Below, one piece after another: positions 27,451 to 35,516 of a stretch of 60,715 nt of DNA. The DNA is taken from IMG/VR virus record IMGVR_UViG_3300045988_118650; one strand, written 5' to 3'. Below the pieces are notes generated by a model that ran no database searches, was not told where the DNA came from, and saw only the letters and a list, made by a program, of their open reading frames with translations. This DNA comes from a virus. Within the stretch, counting starts at the first letter, position 1, and each line of letters starts with the position of its first letter. The translations under genes and the position numbers were made by a program.

Positions 27451-28068
27451 TTAGTCCTCCCCTTTGATGCTTTCCATGATGGCAGCGGAGAGGGCGGCGC
27501 GGGCGTTGTCCTGTTCGAGGTATGCGTCCACTGCGCCCTTGTACTGCTCCGGGATGGAAAAAATCATCGAGAATGTGGCGTCGGCAGGGGGTTCTTCTTC
27601 CTGCTCGTTGTCCGGCTGCGGTTCAGGCGGTGTGTAGTCGAGAATATCGGCCAGACGGTTCTGGTACTGGTCGATAAGGCCTTGCAGCTCATAGTCTTCA
27701 AAGCCTGTGAGGGATACGTCGCCGCGTTCGGAAAGCTCTTTCATGAGGGGTGCCAGCTTTTCATTATCCCAGCGGCCTTTTGCACGGTTGAGGATGATGT
27801 TCAGCTTCTTTTCCTCTCTGAGGGTTTCGTTTATGACGACAACGTCGGTTTCGGTCTCCCCGATATCGCACAAAGCCTTGATTCTCTGGTGGCCGCCCAC
27901 GACGTGCCCGGTCTTTTCGTTCCAGATGACGGGTTCGACCATGCCAAAGGTTTCAAGGCTCTGCTTTATCTTGATGTATGCGGGGTCGTCCGGCTGTAAG
28001 TCCTTGCGCGGGTTATAGCTGGCAGGTTTAAGATCTGCAAGCCGCATTCTCCTGATATTCATTGCCAT
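27451..28068 (-). CDS. ParB N-terminal domain protein 2 (paralogue of 26872..27447)
   Basis: RLADLKPASYNPRKDL..KQSLETFGMVEPVIWN..VVGGHQRIKALCDIG. Confidence 0.8.
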   Translation of the reverse strand: MAMNIRRMRLADLKPASYNPRKDLQPDDPAYIKIKQSLETFGMVEPVIWNEKTGHVVGGHQRIKALCDIGETETDVVVINETLREEKKLNIILNRAKGRWDNEKLAPLMKELSERGDVSLTGFEDYELQGLIDQYQNRLADILDYTPPEPQPDNEQEEEPPADATFSMIFSIPEQYKGAVDAYLEQDNARAALSAAIMESIKGED

Positions 28069-28738
28069 GTTTCGTTACCTCCCGGCGGGTGAAGAAATAG
28101 AAGAACGGCGTATCTGCCAGAGCAAGGCAGGCTTTCAGCAGGTACTGACCGATCATCATGCCGATAAGGTTCATGCGGCCCTCCGGGGTGAATGCCCAGC
28201 CAAGGCCCAGACCGAAACTGATAAAGGCGTAAATAAACGTGTCGATGATCTGGCTTGTGCAGGTGGAGCCATTATTCCAGATCCAGCGGCCGCCTTTGAC
28301 GTCGCCATGCTTGCGGATGTAAGCATCACGGATTTTGTGGAATACAAAGACGTCCCAGCTCTGGGATGCGTAATAGGCGCACAGGCTGCCGATGACAAAT
28401 ACCCAGTTCTGGCCTAAAAGCGTCTGATATGCGCCATCAATAACAGGGTCTACAGCCTTGCACCAGCCTGTGAGGATAATTGCGATGGTTGCGAAAATCT
28501 GGCCCACAAAGCCAAAGAAAACCATGTTCTGCGCTTTCTTGCGTCCCCAGATTTCGCCGACGATGTCGGTGCACAGGAACGTGACGGCGTAGGTGATCGC
28601 GCCGCCGGATGTGGACAGGGTGATGGGGCCAAGGTGGATGCCGGTGGTGATGGTGCGGCTGCCGACGACGTTTGCGATGACGATGGAGATCACAAACAAG
28701 GTCAGCAGGATAGAGTAGTTCTTGTCGGTCTTTTTCAT
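28028..28738 (-). CDS. yhhQ: YhhQ/DUF165-family queuosine-precursor (preQ0/preQ1) transporter
   Basis: Multi-TM protein with GGAITYAVTFLCTDIVGEIWG, SQSWDVFVFHKIR and STCTSQIIDTFIYAFISFG. ATG at 28736-28738. Confidence 0.8.
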   Translation of the reverse strand: MKKTDKNYSILLTLFVISIVIANVVGSRTITTGIHLGPITLSTSGGAITYAVTFLCTDIVGEIWGRKKAQNMVFFGFVGQIFATIAIILTGWCKAVDPVIDGAYQTLLGQNWVFVIGSLCAYYASQSWDVFVFHKIRDAYIRKHGDVKGGRWIWNNGSTCTSQIIDTFIYAFISFGLGLGWAFTPEGRMNLIGMMIGQYLLKACLALADTPFFYFFTRREVTKHGNEYQENAACRS

Positions 28739-28764
28739 TTTGTCCTCCTGTTGGTAGGTTTTAT

Positions 28765-29658
28765 TTAGTCCTGCGGGCCGCAGGTGCGGGCGTACAGGTC
28801 TTTGCAGATGGTCGCGCAAAGGCTGGCGTTTGTGGTGTATACCAGCTTTTTGCCTGTCGGTTCGATGCCACGGGCCAGCATCATGGCTTTTATCTGTGCT
28901 TCGCGCTCGTTGTACAGGCTGCGCTTGAAATTGCGGATGTGTTCTTTTCGGTAGCCGTCGTCAATATAGCCGTACTTGACGCCGGAAAGCCAGCTCGTGC
29001 TATCTGCGGATGTGCAGAAGTTGTTTTCCCGGATGATTTTGAAGTCGGTACAGCCCAGCAGGTGGATATCGATTTCAGGCTTCTTGTTCTTGATGTAGTG
29101 CGTGATGTAGCGTATATCCCGCTTGTGGGTCGCAGGCTTTACAATGCGCCACTCCGGGACGCTGACGGCGATGTAGTCGGAAAATTCAATCAGGCGGTCA
29201 AGGCCCTTTTGTCCGTCCTCAAAGTGAAAGACGTTGATCTGCTTGCTCTCCGGCATCATGTCCTTCATGCGCTGCCTGAAATACCATGCTTCATCAACGC
29301 CAAGGACTTTCTGACAGTCGATCTCGACAATGGATGCGGTGATGTGGTTCTGTTTGACAAAGGCCATGAGCTTGTCCTGCCATTCGGTCAGGGTGGAAAT
29401 GGTCTGCTTCTGTCCCTTGCCAGCGCCGAACATCAGAGTGAAAAGGCCTGAATCCTGAATGACGTGTTTCTGTTGCCGCTGCTGCTCCAGAATAATATCA
29501 TCTTCCGGCAGCCTGAAATCGTCGTCAGGCTTTTTGCCGACGATATAGTTGTAGCAGCTGTACAGGCGATAGTGGGTATCTGCGGCAACGAGTGCGCAAA
29601 AGTTTTCTTTACTGCCGTCACTTCCGGCAAAATGAATCTTGACGTTACGCCCTAACAT
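28765..29658 (-). CDS. dpdA: DpdA-like tRNA-guanine-transglycosylase-family DNA transglycosylase
   Basis: TGT-like motifs QDSGLFTLMFG (compare DSGGFQ) and IHLLGCTD. ATG at 29656-29658 follows GGAGGTGG. Neighbours are queD and yhhQ. Confidence 0.7.
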   Translation of the reverse strand: MLGRNVKIHFAGSDGSKENFCALVAADTHYRLYSCYNYIVGKKPDDDFRLPEDDIILEQQRQQKHVIQDSGLFTLMFGAGKGQKQTISTLTEWQDKLMAFVKQNHITASIVEIDCQKVLGVDEAWYFRQRMKDMMPESKQINVFHFEDGQKGLDRLIEFSDYIAVSVPEWRIVKPATHKRDIRYITHYIKNKKPEIDIHLLGCTDFKIIRENNFCTSADSTSWLSGVKYGYIDDGYRKEHIRNFKRSLYNEREAQIKAMMLARGIEPTGKKLVYTTNASLCATICKDLYARTCGPQD

Positions 29659-29980
29659 AGACGCCACCTCCCTGCCCGTCTTCCTGTACGGTGACTTCCG
29701 CACAGCCGAAAGTATCGGCAATCAGTTTTGCGATCATCTCGCAGGACATAGAGCCAAAGGCCATGTGCCCGTTTTCGTCGCCGAAACGGTCGGACAGAAA
29801 ATGGTGGATGCGGTTCTGCGTCTGGATGATCTCCAAATCGCGGTTGTCATGTGTGACAGGGATTTTTGCGGTAATGCCGAACACATGGCGGTGGACGCTG
29901 CGCAGATATGCCAGCTCCGCCGGGGCGTCCGGCCAGTTATGGAAACCAGGAACGTCCACTTTGCAAATGATGTAGTACAC
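29645..29980 (-). CDS. queD: QueD-like 6-carboxytetrahydropterin synthase (PTPS fold)
   Basis: 111 aa. VHRHVF (compare HGHSF), SCEMIAKLI and VTVQEDGQGGGVY resemble the E. coli QueD layout. GTG start follows GAAAGGAGG. Confidence 0.55.
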   Translation of the reverse strand: MYYIICKVDVPGFHNWPDAPAELAYLRSVHRHVFGITAKIPVTHDNRDLEIIQTQNRIHHFLSDRFGDENGHMAFGSMSCEMIAKLIADTFGCAEVTVQEDGQGGGVYVRA

Positions 29981-30041
29981 AGTTCTTTCCTCCTTTCAGA
30001 TGTATTTTGCCCTTTCGCGGCGCTCATCCCGATTTCTGCGC

Positions 30042-30078
30042 AAAAAAGAACCACCCGGCCGCTATTGCGGTCAGGTGG
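30042..30078 (-). terminator. Intrinsic terminator between the late regulator and the queD operon
   Basis: Minus strand CCACCTGACCGC-AATA-GCGGCCGGGTGG followed by TTCTTTTTT. Confidence 0.65.
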
Positions 30079-30161
30079 CAGGGCAGAGAAAAGAATGAGT
30101 GCGCTATTCTCTTTGCGTCCAGCGGTTGGGAGTGTCGGAAGCTCCCTGTCGCTTTTCGCAT

Positions 30162-30176
30162 TGTGATAGTATCACA
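30162..30176. promoter_or_regulatory. Perfect 15-bp palindrome TGTGATA-G-TATCACA
   Basis: Read directly in the intergenic leader. Confidence 0.5.
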
Positions 30177-30196
30177 GATTGGTATGCGTATTCTAC

Positions 30197-30226
30197 CTCA
30201 TTTATACTCATTTATACTCATTTGTG
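30197..30226. repeat. Tandem 10-bp repeat (ctcatttata x2 + ctcatttgtg)
   Basis: Read directly. It overlaps the last codons and the stop of the regulator gene. Confidence 0.6.
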
Positions 30227-30692
30227 GTACATTTTCTGTGCTTTCTAGGGTCAAAATGGCTTTTTTATGGATTCTAAGGACGGCTTCAATGTATTTTCGG
30301 TCATCGTTTCCGTACAGTGTGAGGGCTACGGCGTTCCATTTCTTGGGTCTGCAGGTGTCTTCGCACTCTGCGTCCATATATCGCAAGCGCAGGACTTCCC
30401 TTTGCAGGCCGTCCGGGATGGCATCGACCATGCGTTCCAGCTCTTCCATTTTGTCGGAGTTGGCTTTCAAAAGGGGCAGGATCTTTTTTTCATACTCGAT
30501 GTACCGCTCCACGGCAGCTTCCATCTTGTGGCTGTTGCCCGCTGTGTGTGCGCTGCCGTCACTTTCCGGGATACCCGTCAGTCCCCCGGCGGCGTCCCGC
30601 ATATCGTTCAAGCGGGAAAGCCGATTTTTATTCTCCATAGCCATTGGCAGGTATTCGGAAAGACGGTCTTTCGCTGACTGCTGCACTTGCAA
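30198..30692 (-). CDS. Late-gene transcriptional regulator, sigma-70 region-4-like HTH (RinA/ArpU/DUF1492-like)
   Basis: DGLQREVLRLRYMDAE...WNAVALTLYGNDDRKYIEAVLRIHKKAI. It is the last gene before the packaging block. A start at GTG 30686 is more likely than TTG 30692. Confidence 0.6.
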   Translation of the reverse strand: MQVQQSAKDRLSEYLPMAMENKNRLSRLNDMRDAAGGLTGIPESDGSAHTAGNSHKMEAAVERYIEYEKKILPLLKANSDKMEELERMVDAIPDGLQREVLRLRYMDAECEDTCRPKKWNAVALTLYGNDDRKYIEAVLRIHKKAILTLESTENVPQMSINEYK

Positions 30693-30803
30693 TTCCTCCG
30701 CTCAAATGGTATAATAACGGTTGTCCGGCGCCGTTCATCTTTAGACCGTTTGAGGTTTGAGGGTGGGCGGCTCTTTTTATGCCCAAAAGCTGCCCGGTGG
30801 TGG

Positions 30804-31289
30804 TTATTCGTCGTCGGTATCATCCGACCTGAATGTGCTGATGTCGATCAGAGCGCCCGTGCCCTGCCCGATCTGGTGAGCGGCGTCCATGGTGGTCTGC
30901 TTGGGGCCGCCTGCGGGCGGGTTGTCGTACATAGAGGTCTGGTTCGTGGCCATGTAGACCAGCACATAGCGGCCAAGGTCTTTGTCCCAGACAAGTGCCA
31001 TGCCGGTGTCGGTCTTTCCGTCGTCGGTGTCCTTGATGGGGACGGTGGTCGTGATCTTGTACTTGAGGACAGGTTTCTTTTCCGGGCCGCCCGTGTCGCC
31101 CAGCTCTGCATCGCCGTCGGTAAAGACATCCTCGTTGGTGACGGTGACGTTGAGGGCGATCTGGCCCTCGTCCATCTTGGACTTTTCCATCTTCTTCAAA
31201 AGCCGCTGCAATGCAATGTCAAAGGCTTCGCGGACGGTGTTAAAGGCCGGGGATGTGATGGACATTTCTTCGTAGTTCTGGATGGCCAT
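30804..31289 (-). CDS. Hypothetical protein
   Basis: ATG at 31287-31289 follows AAAGGAG. Acidic C-terminus. Confidence 0.65.
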   Translation of the reverse strand: MAIQNYEEMSITSPAFNTVREAFDIALQRLLKKMEKSKMDEGQIALNVTVTNEDVFTDGDAELGDTGGPEKKPVLKYKITTTVPIKDTDDGKTDTGMALVWDKDLGRYVLVYMATNQTSMYDNPPAGGPKQTTMDAAHQIGQGTGALIDISTFRSDDTDDE

Positions 31290-31303
31290 TGATGATGCTC
31301 CTT

Positions 31304-31453
31304 TCAAAGATCGCCGAAAGTCTCGGCTTCTTGTTCGCGCCTGATAAGTTCATCCTCGTGGGTGTTGGGCCGGTCGTGCTTTTTGTGGGACTTCCCGCTC
31401 ATGCGGAAAAAGTAGCCCATGGCAAATGCTAAGATGTAGTATAAAATCTTCAT
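31304..31453 (-). CDS. Small membrane peptide (49 aa)
   Basis: Own translation MKILYYILAFAMGYFFRMSGKSHKK.... ATGA overlap with the rusA stop. Confidence 0.4.
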   Translation of the reverse strand: MKILYYILAFAMGYFFRMSGKSHKKHDRPNTHEDELIRREQEAETFGDL

Positions 31454-31869
31454 GGTTCCAGCTCGCTCAATCTGACAAGCACTTGAGGGGTCTCCCCGTA
31501 TCGCTTTTCGACCAGCAGGCGGCAGACCTGCGCGTCGTCGTCGTAGGCGATTTTATTCAGAGAGTCCAAAACGATTTTCGCCAGATTATCAACGTCTGGC
31601 TTCTTCTGGCAAAGGGTCTTGATGTCAAGCATCAAGGCTCTTTTCTTTTTTGAGGTGGATTTCGGGACAGATGAATAGCTGACGATTTCGGCCTGTATGG
31701 GGCCGGAAAGCCGCAATCCTCTGGCGGCCTGCTGATAATAGAGCCGCACCAGATTCTCATACATGACCGTTTCCTTTGGGGTGTAGGTGCTGGCGTGGCC
31801 TGCGATCTGCACGGTGCGCGGTCTGGCCTTGCCTTTAGGCTCGCCGGGGACGGCAAAGGAAATAATCAT
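31450..31869 (-). CDS. rusA: RusA-family Holliday junction resolvase
   Basis: PGEPKGKARPR..YTPKET..KPDVDNLAKIVLDSLNKIAYDDDAQV. Confidence 0.88.
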   Translation of the reverse strand: MIISFAVPGEPKGKARPRTVQIAGHASTYTPKETVMYENLVRLYYQQAARGLRLSGPIQAEIVSYSSVPKSTSKKKRALMLDIKTLCQKKPDVDNLAKIVLDSLNKIAYDDDAQVCRLLVEKRYGETPQVLVRLSELEP

Positions 31870-32168
31870 GCGGTCTGCTCCCCGGATGCCGTGTAGAGCT
31901 GCTCAAAGTTGCGCTTGGTGTATGCAAGGACGTTGCCGTCAGGCAGCCGAACAAGGTAGTCACCGGGGCGGGCGGTCATGCGTTCCCGCAGCTTGTGGTT
32001 CTGGATAATGAGGGTCAGACCGTCAAAACGGAGTGAGCCGTCCCGGATGGTGCTATTCTCAAACAGGCGGGTGCCGATGCGATCGCGCACCCACTTCGGG
32101 GCGTCGGTGGCGTAGTCTTTGGTGAGCTGGTAGGCTTCAACGGTGGTGTCCGTGTGCTTATACTTCAT
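31866..32168 (-). CDS. Hypothetical protein
   Basis: MKYKHTDTTVEAYQL...; ATG at 32166-32168 follows AAGGAGG. Confidence 0.6.
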   Translation of the reverse strand: MKYKHTDTTVEAYQLTKDYATDAPKWVRDRIGTRLFENSTIRDGSLRFDGLTLIIQNHKLRERMTARPGDYLVRLPDGNVLAYTKRNFEQLYTASGEQTA

Positions 32169-32343
32169 TCGGGGTTTCCTCCTTCTTGGTATCCGTGGCA
32201 TGGATACAGTAGACGGTAGACCGGCCCGTCTTCCCGGCTTTTTTGGTGTGCTGGCCGACGTCGTAGCCATTATCTGACAAAATAGCCGCGACGGTTCGGC
32301 GGTCTTCCTTGCTGAATATGCGGAGTTCGATTTCGTACTTCAT
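32158..32343 (-). CDS. Hypothetical small protein (61 aa)
   Basis: MKYEIELRIFSKEDRR...; ATG at 32341-32343 follows AAAGGAG. Confidence 0.5.
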   Translation of the reverse strand: MKYEIELRIFSKEDRRTVAAILSDNGYDVGQHTKKAGKTGRSTVYCIHATDTKKEETPNEV

Positions 32344-32354
32344 ACGGTTCTCCT

Positions 32355-33203
32355 TTATGTGTTGAGGTAAGCGAGGTCGTCGCGGCAGCTTTTCATCATG
32401 TTTTCGCGGCGGCGGTCTTTGCCGTTGATCTCGACCGGGATGCAAACTTCCTGCAAGCGGCTGAAAACACGGCGGCGCTCGATGGTGTTCGGGTTCGCAA
32501 ATTCGGACGGGGTGATATTGGATGTAACGATCAGGGGCTTCTGGGCGGCGCAGCGGTTGTCCACGACGGTGAAAACGATCTCCTGCATGAATGAGGTGTC
32601 GCGCTCTGCATCGAGGTCGTCCAGTATGAGCAGGTCAACGGCGTTCAGTTCGTCGTAGATGGATTCTTTGTCAAACGTTCCCTGCAGGCGGTTTGCGATG
32701 TCGGCAAAGGTTGAGACCTTGACGGTGTAGCCTTTATCCAGCAGGGCGTTTGCGATGCAGCAGGCCAAAAAGGTTTTGCCCGTGCCGCACGGCCCGATAA
32801 AAAACAGCCCCCGGCCACGTTCTCGCATTTCGGTGAAGTGCCGCACATAACCCTGTGCCGCATTTGTGGCCGCTGTGTTTGCGTTGTCGTCGGTATCAAA
32901 GGTGTATGCCGCCTTTCGGTCGTTGACACCAAAGCAGGCCGCTTTGCGCCGCGCTGTGAGCATTTCGCGTTCCGCATCCCGGCGCTTCTGCTGTTCCGCT
33001 TCGCGGGCTGCCCTCTGGCAGTCGCACAAAACAGGGACAAGGCCAAGGTCAAATGCAGCGTTGTGAAAATGGTACTGCTTGGGGGTGTGGCACTTGCCGC
33101 ACATCAAAAGCCCGGTCTTCGGGTCTTTGTAGTCGTCCGGGGCGACGCTCTGGACGGCCTGCGCCTGCTGCACGACCCGGTTCAATGCGGATTCGATGCT
33201 CAT
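32355..33203 (-). CDS. DnaC/IstB-like AAA+ helicase loader
   Basis: Walker A GPCGTGKTFLA and Walker B LLILDDLDAE. Confidence 0.85.
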   Translation of the reverse strand: MSIESALNRVVQQAQAVQSVAPDDYKDPKTGLLMCGKCHTPKQYHFHNAAFDLGLVPVLCDCQRAAREAEQQKRRDAEREMLTARRKAACFGVNDRKAAYTFDTDDNANTAATNAAQGYVRHFTEMRERGRGLFFIGPCGTGKTFLACCIANALLDKGYTVKVSTFADIANRLQGTFDKESIYDELNAVDLLILDDLDAERDTSFMQEIVFTVVDNRCAAQKPLIVTSNITPSEFANPNTIERRRVFSRLQEVCIPVEINGKDRRRENMMKSCRDDLAYLNT

Positions 33204-33204
33204 A

Positions 33205-34035
33205 TCAGTTCATGCCAAACGCCGCGTACAGGCTGGGTTCTTCCTGCTCTGATTGCGCGGCGGTGGGCGTACCTCCTTTTCGTTTGTTCTGGAAATGCTG
33301 GCGGTCTGCCCGGAATCCGGCCAGCGTGGTGATACCAGCGGACAGGCAGCGGCGCAAAATGCCATCGACGTATGTCCAGTTCGGGATATTTTGCAGGGCA
33401 GCTTCATCCATGGCGGCGCAGATCATTTCAGGTTCAATGCCTTTGGACTTCCACCACATCTGCATGGCGTCAAAGACGGCGCGTTTGATGGGGCCTATAT
33501 TCTGCTCATAGGATGCCACCATCCGGCTCATGATCTCTTCCTCGTCCGATTTCTGGCGGGTGGCAATGGCCGCGGGCTGCTGGACAGGGGCTGCCGGGGA
33601 AAGAGTTCCCGCCGCCGCAGGATGCGGGGCGGGTTCTTTCTCACCGATGGCAATGCGTTCAAGGGTCGTCATGATGTAGGTGCGGTATTCGTCCGTCTTG
33701 ATGTATTGGGCGACGCTGCGGACGGCCGACACCAGCTTGGGGCTTTTTGTCCAGTTGTACTTGTGCCAGTTCAAGATCAGGATCTCTTTTTTCTGCCAGT
33801 TGTACCGGATGACATCATGTATCTGCTCCATGCGGCGCAGCAGCTTCTTGACCGATTCTTCGTTATAGCCCAGCTCCTGCGCCATCTGGTTTGTGCTGAT
33901 CTCGTAGCATCCGCAGATGTTGGTGTGTGGGTTCGTCAGCAGGTAGATGTAGAAATACTTATCTTCCGGGGTGAAATCGTCACAGACCTTTGTGTCACTC
34001 CAAAAAGATATGTATATCTGTCTGTACGTTGCCAT
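33205..34035 (-). CDS. DnaD-domain replication initiation / replisome organiser protein
   Basis: The N-terminus YISFWSDTKV..YLLTNPHTNICGCYEIS resembles a phage replisome organiser. The C-terminus is a DnaD-like repeat (YEQNIGPI..WTYVDGILRRC). Confidence 0.8.
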   Translation of the reverse strand: MATYRQIYISFWSDTKVCDDFTPEDKYFYIYLLTNPHTNICGCYEISTNQMAQELGYNEESVKKLLRRMEQIHDVIRYNWQKKEILILNWHKYNWTKSPKLVSAVRSVAQYIKTDEYRTYIMTTLERIAIGEKEPAPHPAAAGTLSPAAPVQQPAAIATRQKSDEEEIMSRMVASYEQNIGPIKRAVFDAMQMWWKSKGIEPEMICAAMDEAALQNIPNWTYVDGILRRCLSAGITTLAGFRADRQHFQNKRKGGTPTAAQSEQEEPSLYAAFGMN

Positions 34036-34047
34036 CGTGTGCCCTCC

Positions 34048-34602
34048 TTAGAACGGCAGGTCATCGACGTCATCTTCGATGATCCGCATCTCGTCCTCTG
34101 TGTACTGGCGGGCAGGTGCGGCAGGCTGCGGCTGCGGCTGGGGCTGCTGGTAAGTTTGGGCGGGTTCTGCGCTGGGCGGGGGCGGCGCTGCCTGCTGTTC
34201 CTGCTGGGGTTCCGGGGCTGTCTGGGGCTGTTCCGCAGGTGCTGCGCTCCATACGGCATTGATGACCTGTTGCAGCCAACGGAGCTGCGTCTTTCCCGAC
34301 GGGGTGACGTCCTCGGCGTCAAGCTGGTAATAGGTTTTGCCGTTGTATTCGTGCGGCTCGACCTTTTTGCCGCTGGCAATGACATTATCGCCCTTGTGGA
34401 GCATATCATCCCAGAGGTCAACGTCCACGCGCCAGATATTGACGTCGATGAATTTTCCAAGCCACTTCCCTGCTTCGTTCTTCTGACTATCATATCGGAT
34501 GTTCAGTTTCATCAGGTAGCTGCCATTCTGGAGCCGCTTAAATTCCGGCTCTTTGGCAAGCTCACCATAAACAAGGACGCCTGTTTTACTGGTGGAAATC
34601 AT
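34048..34602 (-). CDS. ssb: Single-stranded DNA-binding protein
   Basis: OB-fold-like N-terminal half, Q/P-rich linker and an acidic tip ending DDVDDLPF. Confidence 0.75.
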   Translation of the reverse strand: MISTSKTGVLVYGELAKEPEFKRLQNGSYLMKLNIRYDSQKNEAGKWLGKFIDVNIWRVDVDLWDDMLHKGDNVIASGKKVEPHEYNGKTYYQLDAEDVTPSGKTQLRWLQQVINAVWSAAPAEQPQTAPEPQQEQQAAPPPPSAEPAQTYQQPQPQPQPAAPARQYTEDEMRIIEDDVDDLPF

Positions 34603-35501
34603 TTTTCGACCTCCCGCGTATCGCTTTCAGGGGCAGCGTTTTCGAGAGCTGCCAGCGGGTCTGCTTCGTCGTTCGGGGTGGCGTCGATGATCTCGACGTC
34701 GGGTCGTGTGGGGGCTTTGGGCTTGCGCTGGCGGCGGCTAAAGGTCGGTTCAGTCTGCTGTACGTTTGCCATCATGCCGTCCGGCTCCTGTACGCCCTGC
34801 TCCTCTGCGGAATACATTGCGCCAAGGTCGTTCGGGAAAGCTTCGCGCATGGCCTGCATGGCGGCTACCTTGCGAATCATGGTCGCAGGCTTCACGCTCC
34901 ACTGCTGGTTGACGTCGCCGTTGCTCTTGCGGCCGATGTACTCGGCCAAGGCGCACTCCGAATAGTTCGGAAACTGGCGGTCGTCGCGGTAGACTTTAGC
35001 CCAGCCACCAATCAGCTTTTCGCCAAACTCTTCATAGACCGCGCTGCCCTCGCGGTATTCGATCTGCCCGGTGCTGGTGTTGTGAACTACGATACCGCAT
35101 TCGATGCCGGTAAAGTGGGGGTTGCGCTCTGCGCGCTTCATAAAGGCTTCTTTGCCGGGCACCATCGTTGCGGGCTTATCGCCGTACTTGATAAGATAGA
35201 CCTCTTTCAGCCACGGGTTCAGGTGGTTGTAGCGGCAGAGGTTCAGGAACATCATAACTTCCTGATCGTTGACTTTATCGGCGTCGCCGCTGACCAGATA
35301 GGATTTGATAAGCTCCGGCGAAAGCTCGATCTCCTGCCCGCCTGCTTCGTACTTGATAGGCTCGGACGGCATTGCAGGTGCAAGAGCTGCATCCTGCTGG
35401 CGGGGCATGGTGGGTGCGTAGCTGCCAGCGCGGGAAGTTGCCACAGGTGCGCTACGCGGGGCGGTGTTCTGGGTGTTCTGGCCCGGTACGGAAAATCCCA
35501 T
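34599..35501 (-). CDS. recT: RecT/Bet-family single-strand annealing recombinase
   Basis: FLNLCRYNHLNPWLKEVYLIKYGDKPATMVPGKEAFMKRAE..MIRKVAAMQAMREAFP. Confidence 0.88.
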   Translation of the reverse strand: MGFSVPGQNTQNTAPRSAPVATSRAGSYAPTMPRQQDAALAPAMPSEPIKYEAGGQEIELSPELIKSYLVSGDADKVNDQEVMMFLNLCRYNHLNPWLKEVYLIKYGDKPATMVPGKEAFMKRAERNPHFTGIECGIVVHNTSTGQIEYREGSAVYEEFGEKLIGGWAKVYRDDRQFPNYSECALAEYIGRKSNGDVNQQWSVKPATMIRKVAAMQAMREAFPNDLGAMYSAEEQGVQEPDGMMANVQQTEPTFSRRQRKPKAPTRPDVEIIDATPNDEADPLAALENAAPESDTREVEK

Positions 35502-35516
35502 AATATTGACCTCCTG

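Noticed and set aside
29981-30041. preQ1 riboswitch immediately upstream of queD-dpdA-yhhQ.
   Set aside because: By eye I could not fit the short preQ1-I consensus (5-bp stem, CCC loop element, A-rich tail ending near the RBS) or the class II/III features. It remains an untested possibility that needs a covariance-model scan.
30197-30226. Tandem 10-bp repeats considered as a CRISPR-like or satellite array.
   Set aside because: There are only about three short units with no spacers, and they overlap the end of a coding region. No CRISPR array exists anywhere in the window.
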